In this document: positions 21,314-31,950 of the stretch, piece after piece
Position numbering within the stretch: the first letter of the stretch is position 1
Layout of the letters: each line of letters starts with the position of its first letter
Origin: Sedimentisphaerales bacterium
GTDB lineage: Bacteria > Planctomycetota > Phycisphaerae > Sedimentisphaerales > Anaerobacaceae
NCBI GenBank assembly: GCA_963708075.1
Contig: OY970194.1
Location: forward strand, 6,528,001 to 6,592,000
DNA length: 64,000 nt
Direction of reading: 5' to 3'
Made by a program: the position numbers and the translations under genes
The notes under the pieces: model-generated
What the model saw: the letters and a program-made list of their open reading frames with translations, nothing else
What the model was told of the DNA's origin: nothing
The model's database searches: none

Positions 21314-21475
21314 TCACAGGTTCTCCGGTTTGGACGTTTTGCTCAGGTTGACGGATCGGGCGGAGATCATGAAGATACCGTCGCCGCGATAATGGAACGT
21401 CTCGGGGTACTTGGGGGAGGCTGCAATTCCGGGACCGGTGATCTTTGTACCCTGCGCCGTTTCAAGACAAGGCAT
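21314..21475 (-). pseudogene. 3' fragment of a flavin reductase paralog inside a 53-codon mini-ORF
   Basis: SPKYPETFHYRGDGIFMISARSVNLS..PENL* matches the C-terminus of 26047-26604. Confidence 0.75.
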
Positions 21476-21944
21476 TCCTTTTTTAAGAAAACAACTTGAC
21501 TGTCAGGATGAACGCCATATCATTGGGGAAGCGATGTTTTGAGGGTAAGTATCGGCGTCTGCTTCGGAACCTGCATGGGGTGAAATGGGGGGCCGGATTC
21601 AGACGGCCGGCGGATGAGACAAAGAAAGGGGGAAAGTGCGATGACAACATTCATTATGACGGGGAGATACTTCGGAGAGGTTGCAACGCGGACCTTGGGC
21701 GATATCGGTCACACCTGCACATTTCAGGTGATTGCGGGGGCAGCATACTCGATGTGAGACCAGGGTAAGAGGATATCACGGAATTAGATCCGATAAATGG
21801 CGTGTTGTGCGGTTGTCGGTTTCGAGCCAATGGCTAACTTCTCGTTTCCCGTTTGGCTGTCGGCGTAACCCTCCGTATACTTTGCAGAACAGTCGAAGTC
21901 TGCCGCACGATAATGCGGCGTTTCGGAATCCAGAAGGGGGGAAT

Positions 21945-23340
21945 ATGAAACACGCCCGAAGTCTCCGGTTCTCGGAACCGGCGCGGCTCAGCGCTGGTCC
22001 TATCGCTCATCTTCCTGGTCATGTTCTCTGCCTTGGCCGTCGCCTTGGCCACTTTCTCCGGCGCCAACGTCCAAATCGCAGAGAATTTCCACCGGGCCGA
22101 TATGACCCGCGGCTGCGCGGAGTCAGGCCTGGAAGTGGTCCGCTACTGGCTCAGCCAGGTGCAGATGTCCGGCAAGATCGACGACAGTCAACGATTCACC
22201 ACCCTGGCGGCCATGCTGCAGAGCAGGCTGACCGCGGCCGACGCCGCGAACATCCTCAATGGGCTGACCTGCACCGAGTCCACCATCACCCTGGTCGATG
22301 TTCCGCTCAATTCGAGCGGCGGCCAGAGTTTCTCCGCGATCCTGACCAGGATCGATGACGACAATGTCCAGTTGGAGGTGACCGGCAGTTATGGCTCACT
22401 CCAGCGGAAGATCCGGTCCATCTTCCAGTACCTCCCGCGGGCGGACAACGTATTTGATTATGGCGTGGCCTCGAGGGGTCCTCTATCGCTATCGGGCAAC
22501 ATCGAGCTCGACGGCATCAACATCGAAGTGGAGTCGAATGCGTACATCGAGTGTACACCACTGCTGGCTTTGGAGATCATCGGCAACTCCATGATTGCCG
22601 GGGACGTGAAGATCGCGAATCCTCTGGCCTACGTCCATCTGCAGGGCGGACAAGCCGGTGTTGGCGGCGTGACCGGCGAGGAGGCCATGGAACACATCCA
22701 AATCGGTGTGCCGCCGACCGAGTTTCCAGAGATGGACCCGGACGATTTCTTAGGCTATGCCACCAATGTCCTGAGCCCCGCGGTGGACTTGGCCGCCAAT
22801 GCCGCGTACGACAACCTGCGGATTCCGGCCAACCGGAACCCGAGTTTCTCCGGACAGACCACGCTCCGAGGGGTCGTCTACATCGAGGCTCCGAATGTCG
22901 TCACCTTTACGGGAGGGGTGAATATCACGGGCATAATTGTCACAGACGGGGATCCGAGTGACAATTCCGGCGCGAGCCAACTGTCGTTCACCGGCAACGT
23001 CATGGGCTATCCCGTGAGCCAGTTGCCCCAGGAGTCGCAGTTCGAGGGCCTTCATGAGAAGACCGGCACGTTCATCCTCGCGCCCGGCTTCCACCTGAGC
23101 TTCGGAGGCAGTTTCTCCATGCTGAGCGGGGCCATCGCGGGCAATGGCATCGAACTCCACGGCAATGCCGGCGGCACGATCAATGGCTCCATGATCAATT
23201 ACTCCTCCTCGCCGATGACGCTCAGCGGCAACTCTGATCTGTTCTTCAATCGGTCCGGGCTCGATGAAGTGCCGGCGGGTTTCGTACCCAGGATTGTTAT
23301 GGTATACGATCCATCGTCATACGTGGAACCCGTGCTCTGA
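21945..23340 (+). CDS. PilX-like N-terminal domain protein (split by +1 frameshift)
   Basis: Removing one T from GGTTCTC at 21967-21973 gives MKHARSLRSRNRRGSALVLSLIFLVMF...AESGLE; paralog of 32630-33991 and 34246-35610. Confidence 0.8.
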
Positions 23341-23378
23341 GTCCGTCCAAAGGATACGGAGTCATCCATATAGGGTTC

Positions 23379-23904
23379 TTGGCAAGTAGAAAACACTCTC
23401 TTTGAACCGAAAACTCTCCCCCTATGAAACATCCGTATTTCGGTCTGCTTGTGTCTGCTGTTGTGCAGCGTGACACTAACCTATCGAAACGTCCGGGTTC
23501 CATCGCCCTTTTTCGCTCCTGCGAAGTTCGTTGGAGCAACGTGTCGAGTCCGCCGGCCGAAGGCAGGCGTCTCTTCCGTGCAGTCATCCATCCGGATCTG
23601 GACCTCAGTCCCTTGGGCCTCTCGGCACAAGGGCGGGCCCCATCCCGACCTCGTCGGGACCAGAACAACGTCAGTACCGCACCGGGTTCAATGGGTCGTC
23701 CATCACACGGGATGGACGGGACACACCTGGTGACTTGCCCCTCATGGGGGCATTCAACCCCGTCTGACTCCTGGCGCGGGCGAAAGAGATTTCAATGGAC
23801 TTGGATCATTTCTCCCGGCAAAAGGTCGAGGCGGCGGCCGTCCAATCACACCTGTGTGGTCTTAGCCAACCCCCAGTCCAAGATCGACCGCCGCACCGTT
23901 TCGC
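23379..23904 (-). ncRNA. Predicted bridge/seek RNA region of the IS1111-type element
   Basis: Guide-like matches to the target (23846-23854, 23765-23771) and to the donor end (23584-23591) in the expected order. Exact RNA ends unknown. Confidence 0.75.
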
Positions 23905-24930
23905 TCATCCGAACACCCGTTTCAGATCGAAGGCCTCCTGTCGCTGCATCATATAATAGGCCGCCTTACTCCACTTAGACGCCAACGCCTTCGTCGCCAG
24001 GGCCCCGTTGCGTTTGGACCGTTTCTTCTCGTAGAAACTCTTGGCCTTCGGACAGACTCGCAACGCATGGTGCACCGCCTCCACGAAGGCCCAGGCCAGA
24101 TAGGCGTTACCGTTCTTGCTGTTGTTCTCGTCCTTGTTCTTGCCGTTGGACGTGTGGGTCGCCCGGACACAGCGGCAGTAGGAGGTATAGTCCCCGACCG
24201 TCTCGAACCGCCCGATGTCCCCCGTCTCCAGCATGATCGTCAACGCCAGGATCACTCCCACCCCGGGCATCGTCAACAGGCATTCGTACGCCGGCTTGAG
24301 CTGCGCGTGCTCCAGGACCTTCTTCTCGAACCGCTTGATCTTCTTGCTGAACTGCTCGACCAGGTCCACCTGCTGCTCCGCCACGAACGTCAGACAGTCA
24401 TGGTCCCCCAGAAGCTCCGTACGCTCCGAAGCACTGAGCTTGCGAAAGGCACGCCACCCGACGCTTCGGCCGCTCTGACGCATCGCGAGGTTCTGAAGGC
24501 TCAGGACGATCCCCGTGCGCTGCTGCACCAGGAGCATCCGACGCCGCAAGAGGTCCCGCACCGGCCGGTCCTGACGCGGATAGATGTACCCGGTCGGCAG
24601 GACCTCCAGTCTCGCCAGGCGGGCCAGGAAGGCGGCGTCCGTCAGATCATCGGCGGCCTTGATCCCCTTGTATTGCTTCATCTCGCAAGGATGGGCGAGA
24701 ACGACAGGATAATGATGATCCATTAATCCGTCCACCAGCCAGTACCAGTTGTAGGTCGATTCGACGGCCACGACCTTGAGCCGCTCGCGGAAGGGCTCCA
24801 GCGACTCTAAGATCAGCGGCAACTCGTTCGGCAACCGTCTTCGCAACAGTGGCTTGTCCCGCCCGTCGGTGATAACATACATCGCATTGTTGGAATGAAG
24901 ATCGACGCCACAGAATAATGTCTTACGCAT
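23905..24930 (-). CDS. IS110-family DEDD recombinase/transposase
   Basis: CGVDLHSN, VESTYNW, DDLTDA; LTMPGVG..ETGDIGRF..HTSNGK..KNGNAYL. Confidence 0.95.
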   Translation of the reverse strand: MRKTLFCGVDLHSNNAMYVITDGRDKPLLRRRLPNELPLILESLEPFRERLKVVAVESTYNWYWLVDGLMDHHYPVVLAHPCEMKQYKGIKAADDLTDAAFLARLARLEVLPTGYIYPRQDRPVRDLLRRRMLLVQQRTGIVLSLQNLAMRQSGRSVGWRAFRKLSASERTELLGDHDCLTFVAEQQVDLVEQFSKKIKRFEKKVLEHAQLKPAYECLLTMPGVGVILALTIMLETGDIGRFETVGDYTSYCRCVRATHTSNGKNKDENNSKNGNAYLAWAFVEAVHHALRVCPKAKSFYEKKRSKRNGALATKALASKWSKAAYYMMQRQEAFDLKRVFG

Positions 24931-25211
24931 GTTCGGGCTCCTTTCCTTGAGCGTCAGCAATTCGTGTGCTGTCTCCCATCGGCAGCCTCCTGGTTTCCCA
25001 GTGTAGCTGCCTCAGGGAAGGAACCCTATATGCTTATCACACCTGCACATCTCACGATTGGGGTGACGAGGTCTCAGGGGGTATCGTGACGATGGAGGCA
25101 AGAGGAGCGGCTGCTACTTCAACCTCCAGCGGGCGTCAGAGGTTCTGAGGCCTGCCCTCGGCCGGGCTCCGTTTGGCCCGCCGATAGGCATGGGCAACGA
25201 TGCGATCTGAG

Positions 25212-25896
25212 CTACAGCCGTGTCATTCCCGAGGAGGAGACCGACTTCACCGCACGGCCTGTCTCGCACAGCTTCCTGTTCAGTTGCTGGATTCGCCAGG
25301 GCCAGTTCCCGCTCCAGCCCTCGGATTGGGCCTGCCTGCACAACTCAATAGCCGGCTCGTAGGCTCCCTCCTGCTCCAGCATGGTGCTCGCCACCAGGTA
25401 GCCCAGATGGACCGGGAGCGAGTCGCCAGGGTGCGTTTGCCGCAGCGCTTTGGCGGCGTCTGGCGCCAAGCGGATCTGCTTGTGACAGGCGGCAAACGCC
25501 AGGTCCCGGGCGTCCGCGAACGCATCCTTCCACCGGCTTTGGAGGCGGATCATCTGATGATACACATAGTACAGTCCAAGCGTGTCGTTCTCCGCCGTTG
25601 CTCTCTGCTCGGCCTTCGCGAGGACTCTGGATGCCAGGCCCCTGTCCTGAGGCTTCTCACTGAGCCGATCCGCAAGGACCGTGAGCAGGTTCGCCGCCGT
25701 CTGGAAAGTCGTCCGTCCTCTGTCTCTCGTCAGAGGTTCTCGATTTGGCGGGCATAGCAGAGGTGCGGAAGGCGGCTTCCATGTACTGCTGCTCGGCGGC
25801 AGAGAACGAGGATATCCACCATCCTGTAAGGCCGAAGTATCCAAGTTCGCCCGTGGACTGAGAGCGTTTTGTAAAGATTCTACTGAGGATGTCCAT
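25212..25896 (-). CDS. Hypothetical helical protein (split by +1 frameshift)
   Basis: ORF starting MDILSRIF joins the downstream frame (..SRPLTRDRG..) if one base is removed from GGTTCTC at 25735-25741. Confidence 0.7.
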
Positions 25897-26046
25897 GTCA
25901 GCTCTTGTCGGCCGCCTGATAAGATCCAAATAAAGCATAATAAGTCGGGCGCAGGAAGCCAAATTGCGCATCGAAAGGCCACGTGAGACTGGGGGACAGA
26001 TCGTGTTTTTATCGGATTCGGCGGCACAATGGCGCCGGACGTCGAG

Positions 26047-26604
26047 TCACAGGTTCTCCGGCTTGAATTTCCTGCTCAGGTTGATGGATCGGCCGGAGAT
26101 CATGAAGATGCCGTCGCCGCGGTAGTGGAACGTCTCGGGGTATTTGGGAGAGGTTGCCACGTGGGCCTTGACCACCTCCCAGATGAAAAGGTTGTGTGTC
26201 GAGATCAGCCGGCCCTCCGCCAGGCGGCATTCGAAGTTCGCGTAGCACTCCTCGATCAGGGGAGCGGCGACCTGGGCGGCGGGGACAGGCGTGAGGCCGA
26301 ACTCCTTGAACTTATCAACCTTGTCGCCCCGGCAGTTGCCTATGCCTACGGTCTCATTGATGAGGTCGGTGGTGGGGAGGTTGATCACGCATTCCCTGCT
26401 CCTGCGGATCATCTCGAAGCTGTGATTTTCGTCCCAGATGAAGCAGCCGAACAGGGCCGGGGAGAATCCCATCATCATGTGCCAGCCCATGGTCATGATG
26501 TTGGTCTTTCCCTTCCACGCCGAGCTGACGAGCACGATCGGCCCCGGCTCCAGGTACCGTCGGATCTCGGACAGCGGAAAATCTCTCTTCCTGAACGTCT
26601 TCAT
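26047..26604 (-). CDS. Flavin reductase-like family protein
   Basis: LEPGPIVLVSS..NIMTMGW..APLIEECYANFEC. Confidence 0.9.
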   Translation of the reverse strand: MKTFRKRDFPLSEIRRYLEPGPIVLVSSAWKGKTNIMTMGWHMMMGFSPALFGCFIWDENHSFEMIRRSRECVINLPTTDLINETVGIGNCRGDKVDKFKEFGLTPVPAAQVAAPLIEECYANFECRLAEGRLISTHNLFIWEVVKAHVATSPKYPETFHYRGDGIFMISGRSINLSRKFKPENL

Positions 26605-26819
26605 GGCTGATCCCATTCAAATTTGACTCTACGATGGTACCCTGCCGGTCCCCGGCTCCTGCATCAGACAGTTCCTTGGATCGCCGGAGAAATAAGCCCA
26701 TCTGTTTGAATTGATGATTGATGATTTACGATTGATGATTGGAATTGAACCTGCATTCCGCGGTGTTCCCAGGGGCCATCTCTTGATGGGGGCGACCTGC
26801 GTTTGCGGCGTTCAATGGA

Positions 26820-28517
26820 TCACGCGGCTTCGGGGGCGGGTTGTTGTGCGGGTTGCGGGGCCGGCTCGGTGCGTCGGCCGAGAGCGAGCAGGGCGGCCAA
26901 GATCACGAGGGTTGCGAGGGCAAAGGTCCAGCGGGGGGGCAGGCCGAGGGCGCTGGGGGTGTAGGCGCAGAGCAGGGCGACGGCGGCCACAAGGAGGCTG
27001 TAGGGCAACTGGGTGCGCGTATGCTGGATGAGGTCGCAGGAACTGGCGGAGGCGCTGAGGATCGTGGTGTCGGAGATGGGACTGCAATGGTCCCCGAAGA
27101 TGGCGCCATCGAGGACGGCGCCAAGGCTGATGATCGTGGTCAGGCCGTAGGTGTTGCCGTCGAGGGCGTAGGCGATGGGGATTGCTGTCGGGATCAGAAT
27201 CGCCATGGTGCCGTAGCTGGTCCCCGTGGCGAAGGAGATGACGCAGCCGACGAGGAACAAGAGCGGCGGGAAACAGTATGGGGGGAGCCGGTCGGCCAGC
27301 AGGCCGGCCAGGAATGGGCCTGTTCCCAGGCTCTCGCAGCAGTTCTTCAGGGACCATGCGAGGATCAGGATCAGGCAGGGCAGGATCGCCCGGCGGACAC
27401 CTCGATAGAAGCATCCGGGCACGAGCGAGGCTCGCAGCGAGCGGGTCAGGGCGCCGCACAGGAGGGCGATTGTCGCGCCAAACAAGGCGGCAGATACGAG
27501 GATCTGCTGGCTGTGCTTTGCAGCGCCGATCACGCCCTGCCAATACGTCGGGCTCAGCAGCGAGCCGACACCGGCGAGCTTGGCCGGTCCGCCGCCGTCG
27601 ATCCACAAGCCCGTCAGATGGAACAGGATCAGCCCGGCCAGCGGCAGCAGGGCGGTGATCGCTTTGCCGGGTCGGTCGGAGGTCGCGGCGACCTGCGGAT
27701 CGGCGTTTAGCGGTGCGTCGTTGCGGGCTTGTTCCTCGGCGACTCGCATGGGCCCGAAGTCCCGGCCCATGAGGATATGGGCGTACATGAACGCGAGCAT
27801 GAGATAACAATAGAATCGGTAGCTCAGGGCGTCGAAGAACATGGCGTAGCCGCTCTTGCCCAGTCCGAGTTGGTCGCTGACGCCGGCAAACAGCGAAGTC
27901 TCCACGATGATCCACGTACTGACGATAGCCAGCCCCGAGACCGGGGCGGAGGTGGCGTCCACAAGGAAGGCGAGCTTTGCCCGGCTGACGCGAAACCGGT
28001 CGGTGATCGGCTGCATCATGCTACCCACAATTATCGAGGACGCGTAATCGTCTATAAAGCAAAGCACGCCCATCGTCGCGGTGGCGAGCTGCGCCGATTT
28101 GCCGCTGCGGACTCGCTTCATGAGCCAGACGACGATGCCGCGGAACCCGCCGGCGGCGATGACGATCTCGACCATGGCGAACATCGGGGCGATGAAGGAA
28201 AGGGTGAGCAGGCTCCTTTTGTTCGTGGCCGTGGCGATGACGAGCGAGGCGGCGGATTGGACACCGGCTGCCCACGCCTCAAGGCTCGTCGGGGCCGCGG
28301 GAATCGAGGTCAGCAATCCGCCGGCGACGACCGCGGCGCCCAGACTGAGAAGGACGTTGCGGGTCAGGAAGGCCAGGACAATCGCGAGCAGGGGGGGCAC
28401 GATGCTGTACCACCGGGCCTGGGAATCGGCGCCGTTGCCGACCCACGCCGCCAGAGCGCACAGGGCCGCAAAGATCACCCCCGCCCCGATCTGCCTTGTG
28501 TAACGTCCTGCCTTCAA
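26820..28517 (-). CDS. Na+/H+ antiporter NhaC-family protein
   Basis: FIDDYAS, LAFLVDATSAP, FATGTSYGT, GAIFGDHCSPISDTTILS. Confidence 0.9.
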   Translation of the reverse strand: MKAGRYTRQIGAGVIFAALCALAAWVGNGADSQARWYSIVPPLLAIVLAFLTRNVLLSLGAAVVAGGLLTSIPAAPTSLEAWAAGVQSAASLVIATATNKRSLLTLSFIAPMFAMVEIVIAAGGFRGIVVWLMKRVRSGKSAQLATATMGVLCFIDDYASSIIVGSMMQPITDRFRVSRAKLAFLVDATSAPVSGLAIVSTWIIVETSLFAGVSDQLGLGKSGYAMFFDALSYRFYCYLMLAFMYAHILMGRDFGPMRVAEEQARNDAPLNADPQVAATSDRPGKAITALLPLAGLILFHLTGLWIDGGGPAKLAGVGSLLSPTYWQGVIGAAKHSQQILVSAALFGATIALLCGALTRSLRASLVPGCFYRGVRRAILPCLILILAWSLKNCCESLGTGPFLAGLLADRLPPYCFPPLLFLVGCVISFATGTSYGTMAILIPTAIPIAYALDGNTYGLTTIISLGAVLDGAIFGDHCSPISDTTILSASASSCDLIQHTRTQLPYSLLVAAVALLCAYTPSALGLPPRWTFALATLVILAALLALGRRTEPAPQPAQQPAPEAA

Positions 28518-28662
28518 CCGCTTCTGATCGAAATCTGTGTTTCATCACATCGGCCGGACCCCGGAACGGCCACGCCGTACGGATTCTCCTGCAAACGGCG
28601 CGGAAAGCAAGCAGAAATACAGATTTGGGGCGCCGAAGTGTACGCCGGCCGGCCGCGATCAG

Positions 28663-28869
28663 TTACAGGGGGGCGGGATAGCAGAGGTGGCGGGCCTCAG
28701 CCGCCGTCCGACCACAATACTCGCACTTGAACTGCGGGTCTCGAACGATCGCCCGGAAGCACTGCGGCTCGTGAACATGATAGAACTGCTCGGCAAGCCA
28801 GCACAGGTGCTCGTGGTGCTGGTCCACGGCACATCGCTTCTTCCGCCGGAAAACTCCGCTGCTCGTCAT
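28663..28869 (-). CDS. Small Cys/His-rich putative metal-binding protein
   Basis: HHEHLC..FKCEYCGR..HLCYP; start codon uncertain. Confidence 0.6.
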   Translation of the reverse strand: MTSSGVFRRKKRCAVDQHHEHLCWLAEQFYHVHEPQCFRAIVRDPQFKCEYCGRTAAEARHLCYPAPL

Positions 28870-29045
28870 ATCTGACCTCTTCGTCGGGCCGTCCGGGTGT
28901 TCGACGGCAGCCCGTCAAAGGCCCCGGCCGCCTTGTCCCCGCATAGGCCCCATAGATCGTACGCCAGTCGGGCCTGCGAGAGGAAGGGGTATTTCCCTGA
29001 CAAGGCAATACGCGGATTCCCCGCACGTAAGTTGAAAATATACCA

Positions 29046-29198
29046 CTACCCCTTGCCGATTGGTGGGGACACGCGCGGCGGCTCGAAGCGATCGGCCATG
29101 CTCTGTTCTACGATCCACTTGGCGAGTTGACTGGGGTCTCGCGGTCGCTTCCCGCGTCCATCCGGCTTCTTCCTCTGTCTTCTCTTCTTCTCAGCCAT
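29046..29198 (-). CDS. Basic micro-protein (50 aa), copy 1; absent from the ORF track
   Basis: MAEKKRRQRKKPDGRGKRPRDPSQLAKWIVEQS...; paralog at 30670-30834 with synonymous changes. Confidence 0.6.
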   Translation of the reverse strand: MAEKKRRQRKKPDGRGKRPRDPSQLAKWIVEQSMADRFEPPRVSPPIGKG

Positions 29199-29248
29199 AT
29201 TCCCATTGTGCCATGCGGGCGCATCAGTGCACGAAGATCATCGCCTTC

Positions 29249-30073
29249 TCATGCCGGTGGCGGGAGTTCAAACGGCTTCACGCCTTTGGGTAGTTTCTTC
29301 TCTTCAGACTGTAACCTGCGTTCAACCTTTTTCACATCCTCGGCAGGAGGCAGACTCTCCGGGAGAATGCCTCGACCCCTCAAGAGCTTGCGTATCTCCT
29401 CATTGTTCTTAACGTGCTCAAAAGTGATATGGCCCTCAGTCCCCAGGTTCTGCTGTTTGATATTGTAGTTCGTGATCTCGTTTGCAAAATCCTTGGCCTT
29501 GATGGTGATGGTTGGCAGAAAGTCCGCCAACGGCCTGTTGTCAGGGACGCCAAGCCTATCCTTCATCTGCCTGGTTGTCTGTCCCCCAAAGAGGGCCGTG
29601 TCTCCCTTGCTCCTGATTCTGCCAAAGCTATCTTCGTCCCGCAACCGTTCAAAGATTATGCCAGACAACTCCTTCTCCGATTGAGTCAGCTTTCGTCTGG
29701 CGCTGATTCGCTCGGCCTCGGCCAGCCGCTTTTCTATGACTTCCTGCTTGCGGGTCTGTACGGCGAAATATGTCTGGGCGAAAGCGATTTGATCCTTGGC
29801 CGGATCTCCGTTCTGAGCTATGAGATAGCAGGCATATCGCGTCAAGGCGATATCATCAATGGGTCGCTGTGCCCCAGAACCGACACTGACCATTTTCCTG
29901 ATACCAAGAAAATGGTCCTTGGGGTCATAACCTGAGTTATTACAAGCAGTTATGGCCTTATCGACTACCTTTGCGAAGTTCTCCCACTTCGCGTAGCCGA
30001 GAAGCTCCTGAAGGTCGCGTGCACACCAGAACTCGGTGTCACTGTCAGGGAACCCCCTCACTAAGGACGGCAT
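29249..30073 (-). CDS. dinD: DNA damage-inducible protein D (5' end possibly clipped)
   Basis: EFWCARDLQELLGY, LTRYACYLIAQNGDP.K..IAFAQTYFAVQTRKQE, LADFLPT, LPPAEDVKKVERR. Confidence 0.85.
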   Translation of the reverse strand: MPSLVRGFPDSDTEFWCARDLQELLGYAKWENFAKVVDKAITACNNSGYDPKDHFLGIRKMVSVGSGAQRPIDDIALTRYACYLIAQNGDPAKDQIAFAQTYFAVQTRKQEVIEKRLAEAERISARRKLTQSEKELSGIIFERLRDEDSFGRIRSKGDTALFGGQTTRQMKDRLGVPDNRPLADFLPTITIKAKDFANEITNYNIKQQNLGTEGHITFEHVKNNEEIRKLLRGRGILPESLPPAEDVKKVERRLQSEEKKLPKGVKPFELPPPA

Positions 30074-30725
30074 TACATCAGGCTCACTTATCGAATTTGA
30101 TGTCCCTGGCGCCAAAGAAGCCTTCGGGTATGAGGCAACGCTCCTCATTGAGATTTGCGACAAATATGTTCAGGCAGACGAAGAGGGCTTGTTGCGTGAC
30201 AGCCAGAAGAAGCTCGCAAAGCAGGCGTTTGCCATCCTAAGAGCCTGTGCCAAGGTCGGCATCATTGCATTGATTGATGAGGCCACTGGCTATCAGCAAT
30301 ACCGAGCCAAGAATGCCCTTCAGTTGAAGATACAGGCATTCATAGCGGACGAGATACAGGAATGGGCCCGGATGTTCCCGGGAGAATTCTGGTTAGAATT
30401 GGCTCGCCTGGAATCGGTAAGGTACTCCCCGCGAAACAGGCCACTCCGTTGGGGCCGGTATGTAATGATGTTCGTGTATGACGCCGTAGACCCCGATGTC
30501 GGCAAGGCCCTTAGGGAACGAAACCCCGATCCGCACTTCATGCAGAATCACCATCAGTGGCTTAAAGTGCATGGCAAGCAGAAGGTGAACGACCAGATAC
30601 AGCGAGTGATTGCTGTTATGAAGTTATGTCACGACATGGATGACTTCAAGAGGAAGTTTGCCCACGTTTTCAAGAAGACTCCCCTTCAGATGACTTTTGC
30701 CGACATTGATTGGGTTGCGAAGTAG
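30036..30725 (+). pseudogene. P63C-domain protein, apparently N-terminally truncated
   Basis: GYEATLLIEIC, AKVGIIALIDEATGYQ, W..MFP.EFW, HHQWL. The start overlaps the 5' end of dinD and has no RBS. Confidence 0.75.
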
Positions 30726-30834
30726 GATTGGACGTACTCTGATCCACGATCCACTTGGCAAGCTCGTTAGGATCACGCGGACGCTTCCCGCGTCCGTCCG
30801 GCTTCTTCACTGGTTTTTTCTTCTTGTCGGCCAT
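30670..30834 (-). CDS. Basic micro-protein (54 aa), copy 2; probably leaderless
   Basis: MADKKKKPVKKPDGRGKRPRDPNELAKWIVDQS...; TTGCAT-16-TACAAT ends 6 nt before the ATG. Confidence 0.6.
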   Translation of the reverse strand: MADKKKKPVKKPDGRGKRPRDPNELAKWIVDQSTSNPTSQPNQCRQKSSEGESS

Positions 30835-30921
30835 GTCAATATTGTATCATATAGGTCGTTGGATGCAATGGTGCTACGGAGGCAAGTTTCAACATTACCT
30901 GATGAGAAACGCTGTGTTCAT

Positions 30922-31950
30922 ATGGGTAAGGGGAAAAGACGCCGTAAGAAGAACAAGCCCAAGAATCCACAACCTACGCCCCCGAAGTTGGAAGCTGGCG
31001 GAAAAGGCGGCAGACCACCGGCTCCGCCGCAGAATGACAAATCATTGCCCGAAGGACAAGAGCACGAAAACCATACCACCGGCAACAAGCATACAGCACG
31101 CGACGAAGATCAACGCCGAGAACAAAATGCAACGTCTGCAAAAAGGACCACGACCCAAGCAATAAATCAGGATGCATGCGCCAGCATAGCCCCCAAAAAC
31201 ACACAGAACCCCAGTGAGCCCCCATCCATAGCCAAGCCCACGACGAGAGAGCAAAAGGCGTGGCGCGACTGTTGCGCGCTCAAAATCAATGCCTTGGCGG
31301 CGGTTGCCAATACACTCTCTTTTATTGCCGCCGTGGTTGCCTTGGTCTTTGTGTACGGGCAGTTGTCCGCGATGCGTGACCAATTGGGGCAGATGAAAGA
31401 CGACTCCAAATCGAGTTCCGAGGACATGAAGAACCAACTTAGCATCATGTCCAAACAGGGCGAAGTCATGGAGAAACAACTGGCACACATGCAAGAAACG
31501 GCCCACTTGGAACAACGACCGTGGGTGGGCCTCGAAAGGGCAAGCCACAAGCCAATTGTCGCAGGCAAGCCGGCCGAAGTCGAACTTAGGTTCACTAATA
31601 CCGGAAGGACTCCGGCCATCATTGACTTCGCCGGGAACACAATCTGTGTTGGTCCATCCACATGTGACATGGAAGCTTATGCAGTTACTCAGATAAAAGC
31701 TTGGATGTCCGATACAAGAAGCCAGGGGCCTCTCGCGCCCAATGCCAGTTTTAAGATAGATGCAGCCACTAATGGGAATGTCGATTCTAGGCTTGCGGCT
31801 ATAAATTCCAAGGCAGCGTGCGTCTACATGATAGGGAAAATTGCCTATCACGACATCTTTGGGGAAAAACACCAGACCCGATTCTGTTACGTCGCCGACC
31901 CCTGCACAACAGACATGACTGAGTACCACCAGTACAACTACATGGACTAA
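30922..31950 (+). CDS. Hypothetical single-pass membrane protein with coiled coil and C-terminal beta domain
   Basis: Basic disordered N-terminus, one TM segment, EQRPWV..NTGRTPA..GKIAYHDIFG; lower GC than the flanks. Confidence 0.7.
   Translation: MGKGKRRRKKNKPKNPQPTPPKLEAGGKGGRPPAPPQNDKSLPEGQEHENHTTGNKHTARDEDQRREQNATSAKRTTTQAINQDACASIAPKNTQNPSEPPSIAKPTTREQKAWRDCCALKINALAAVANTLSFIAAVVALVFVYGQLSAMRDQLGQMKDDSKSSSEDMKNQLSIMSKQGEVMEKQLAHMQETAHLEQRPWVGLERASHKPIVAGKPAEVELRFTNTGRTPAIIDFAGNTICVGPSTCDMEAYAVTQIKAWMSDTRSQGPLAPNASFKIDAATNGNVDSRLAAINSKAACVYMIGKIAYHDIFGEKHQTRFCYVADPCTTDMTEYHQYNYMD

Larger units (their letters stand above)
23362..25039 (-). mobile_element. IS110-family element, IS1111-type
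   Basis: 12-bp sub-terminal inverted repeats CATATAGGGTTC (23367-23378) / GAACCCTATATG (25021-25032). TCA core at both ends (23362-23364, 25037-25039). Long non-coding region downstream of the recombinase. Confidence 0.9.

Noticed and set aside
21314..26165. Flavin reductase fragment and gene as a DGR template/variable pair
   Set aside because: Differences are not adenine-specific and there is no reverse transcriptase in the window.
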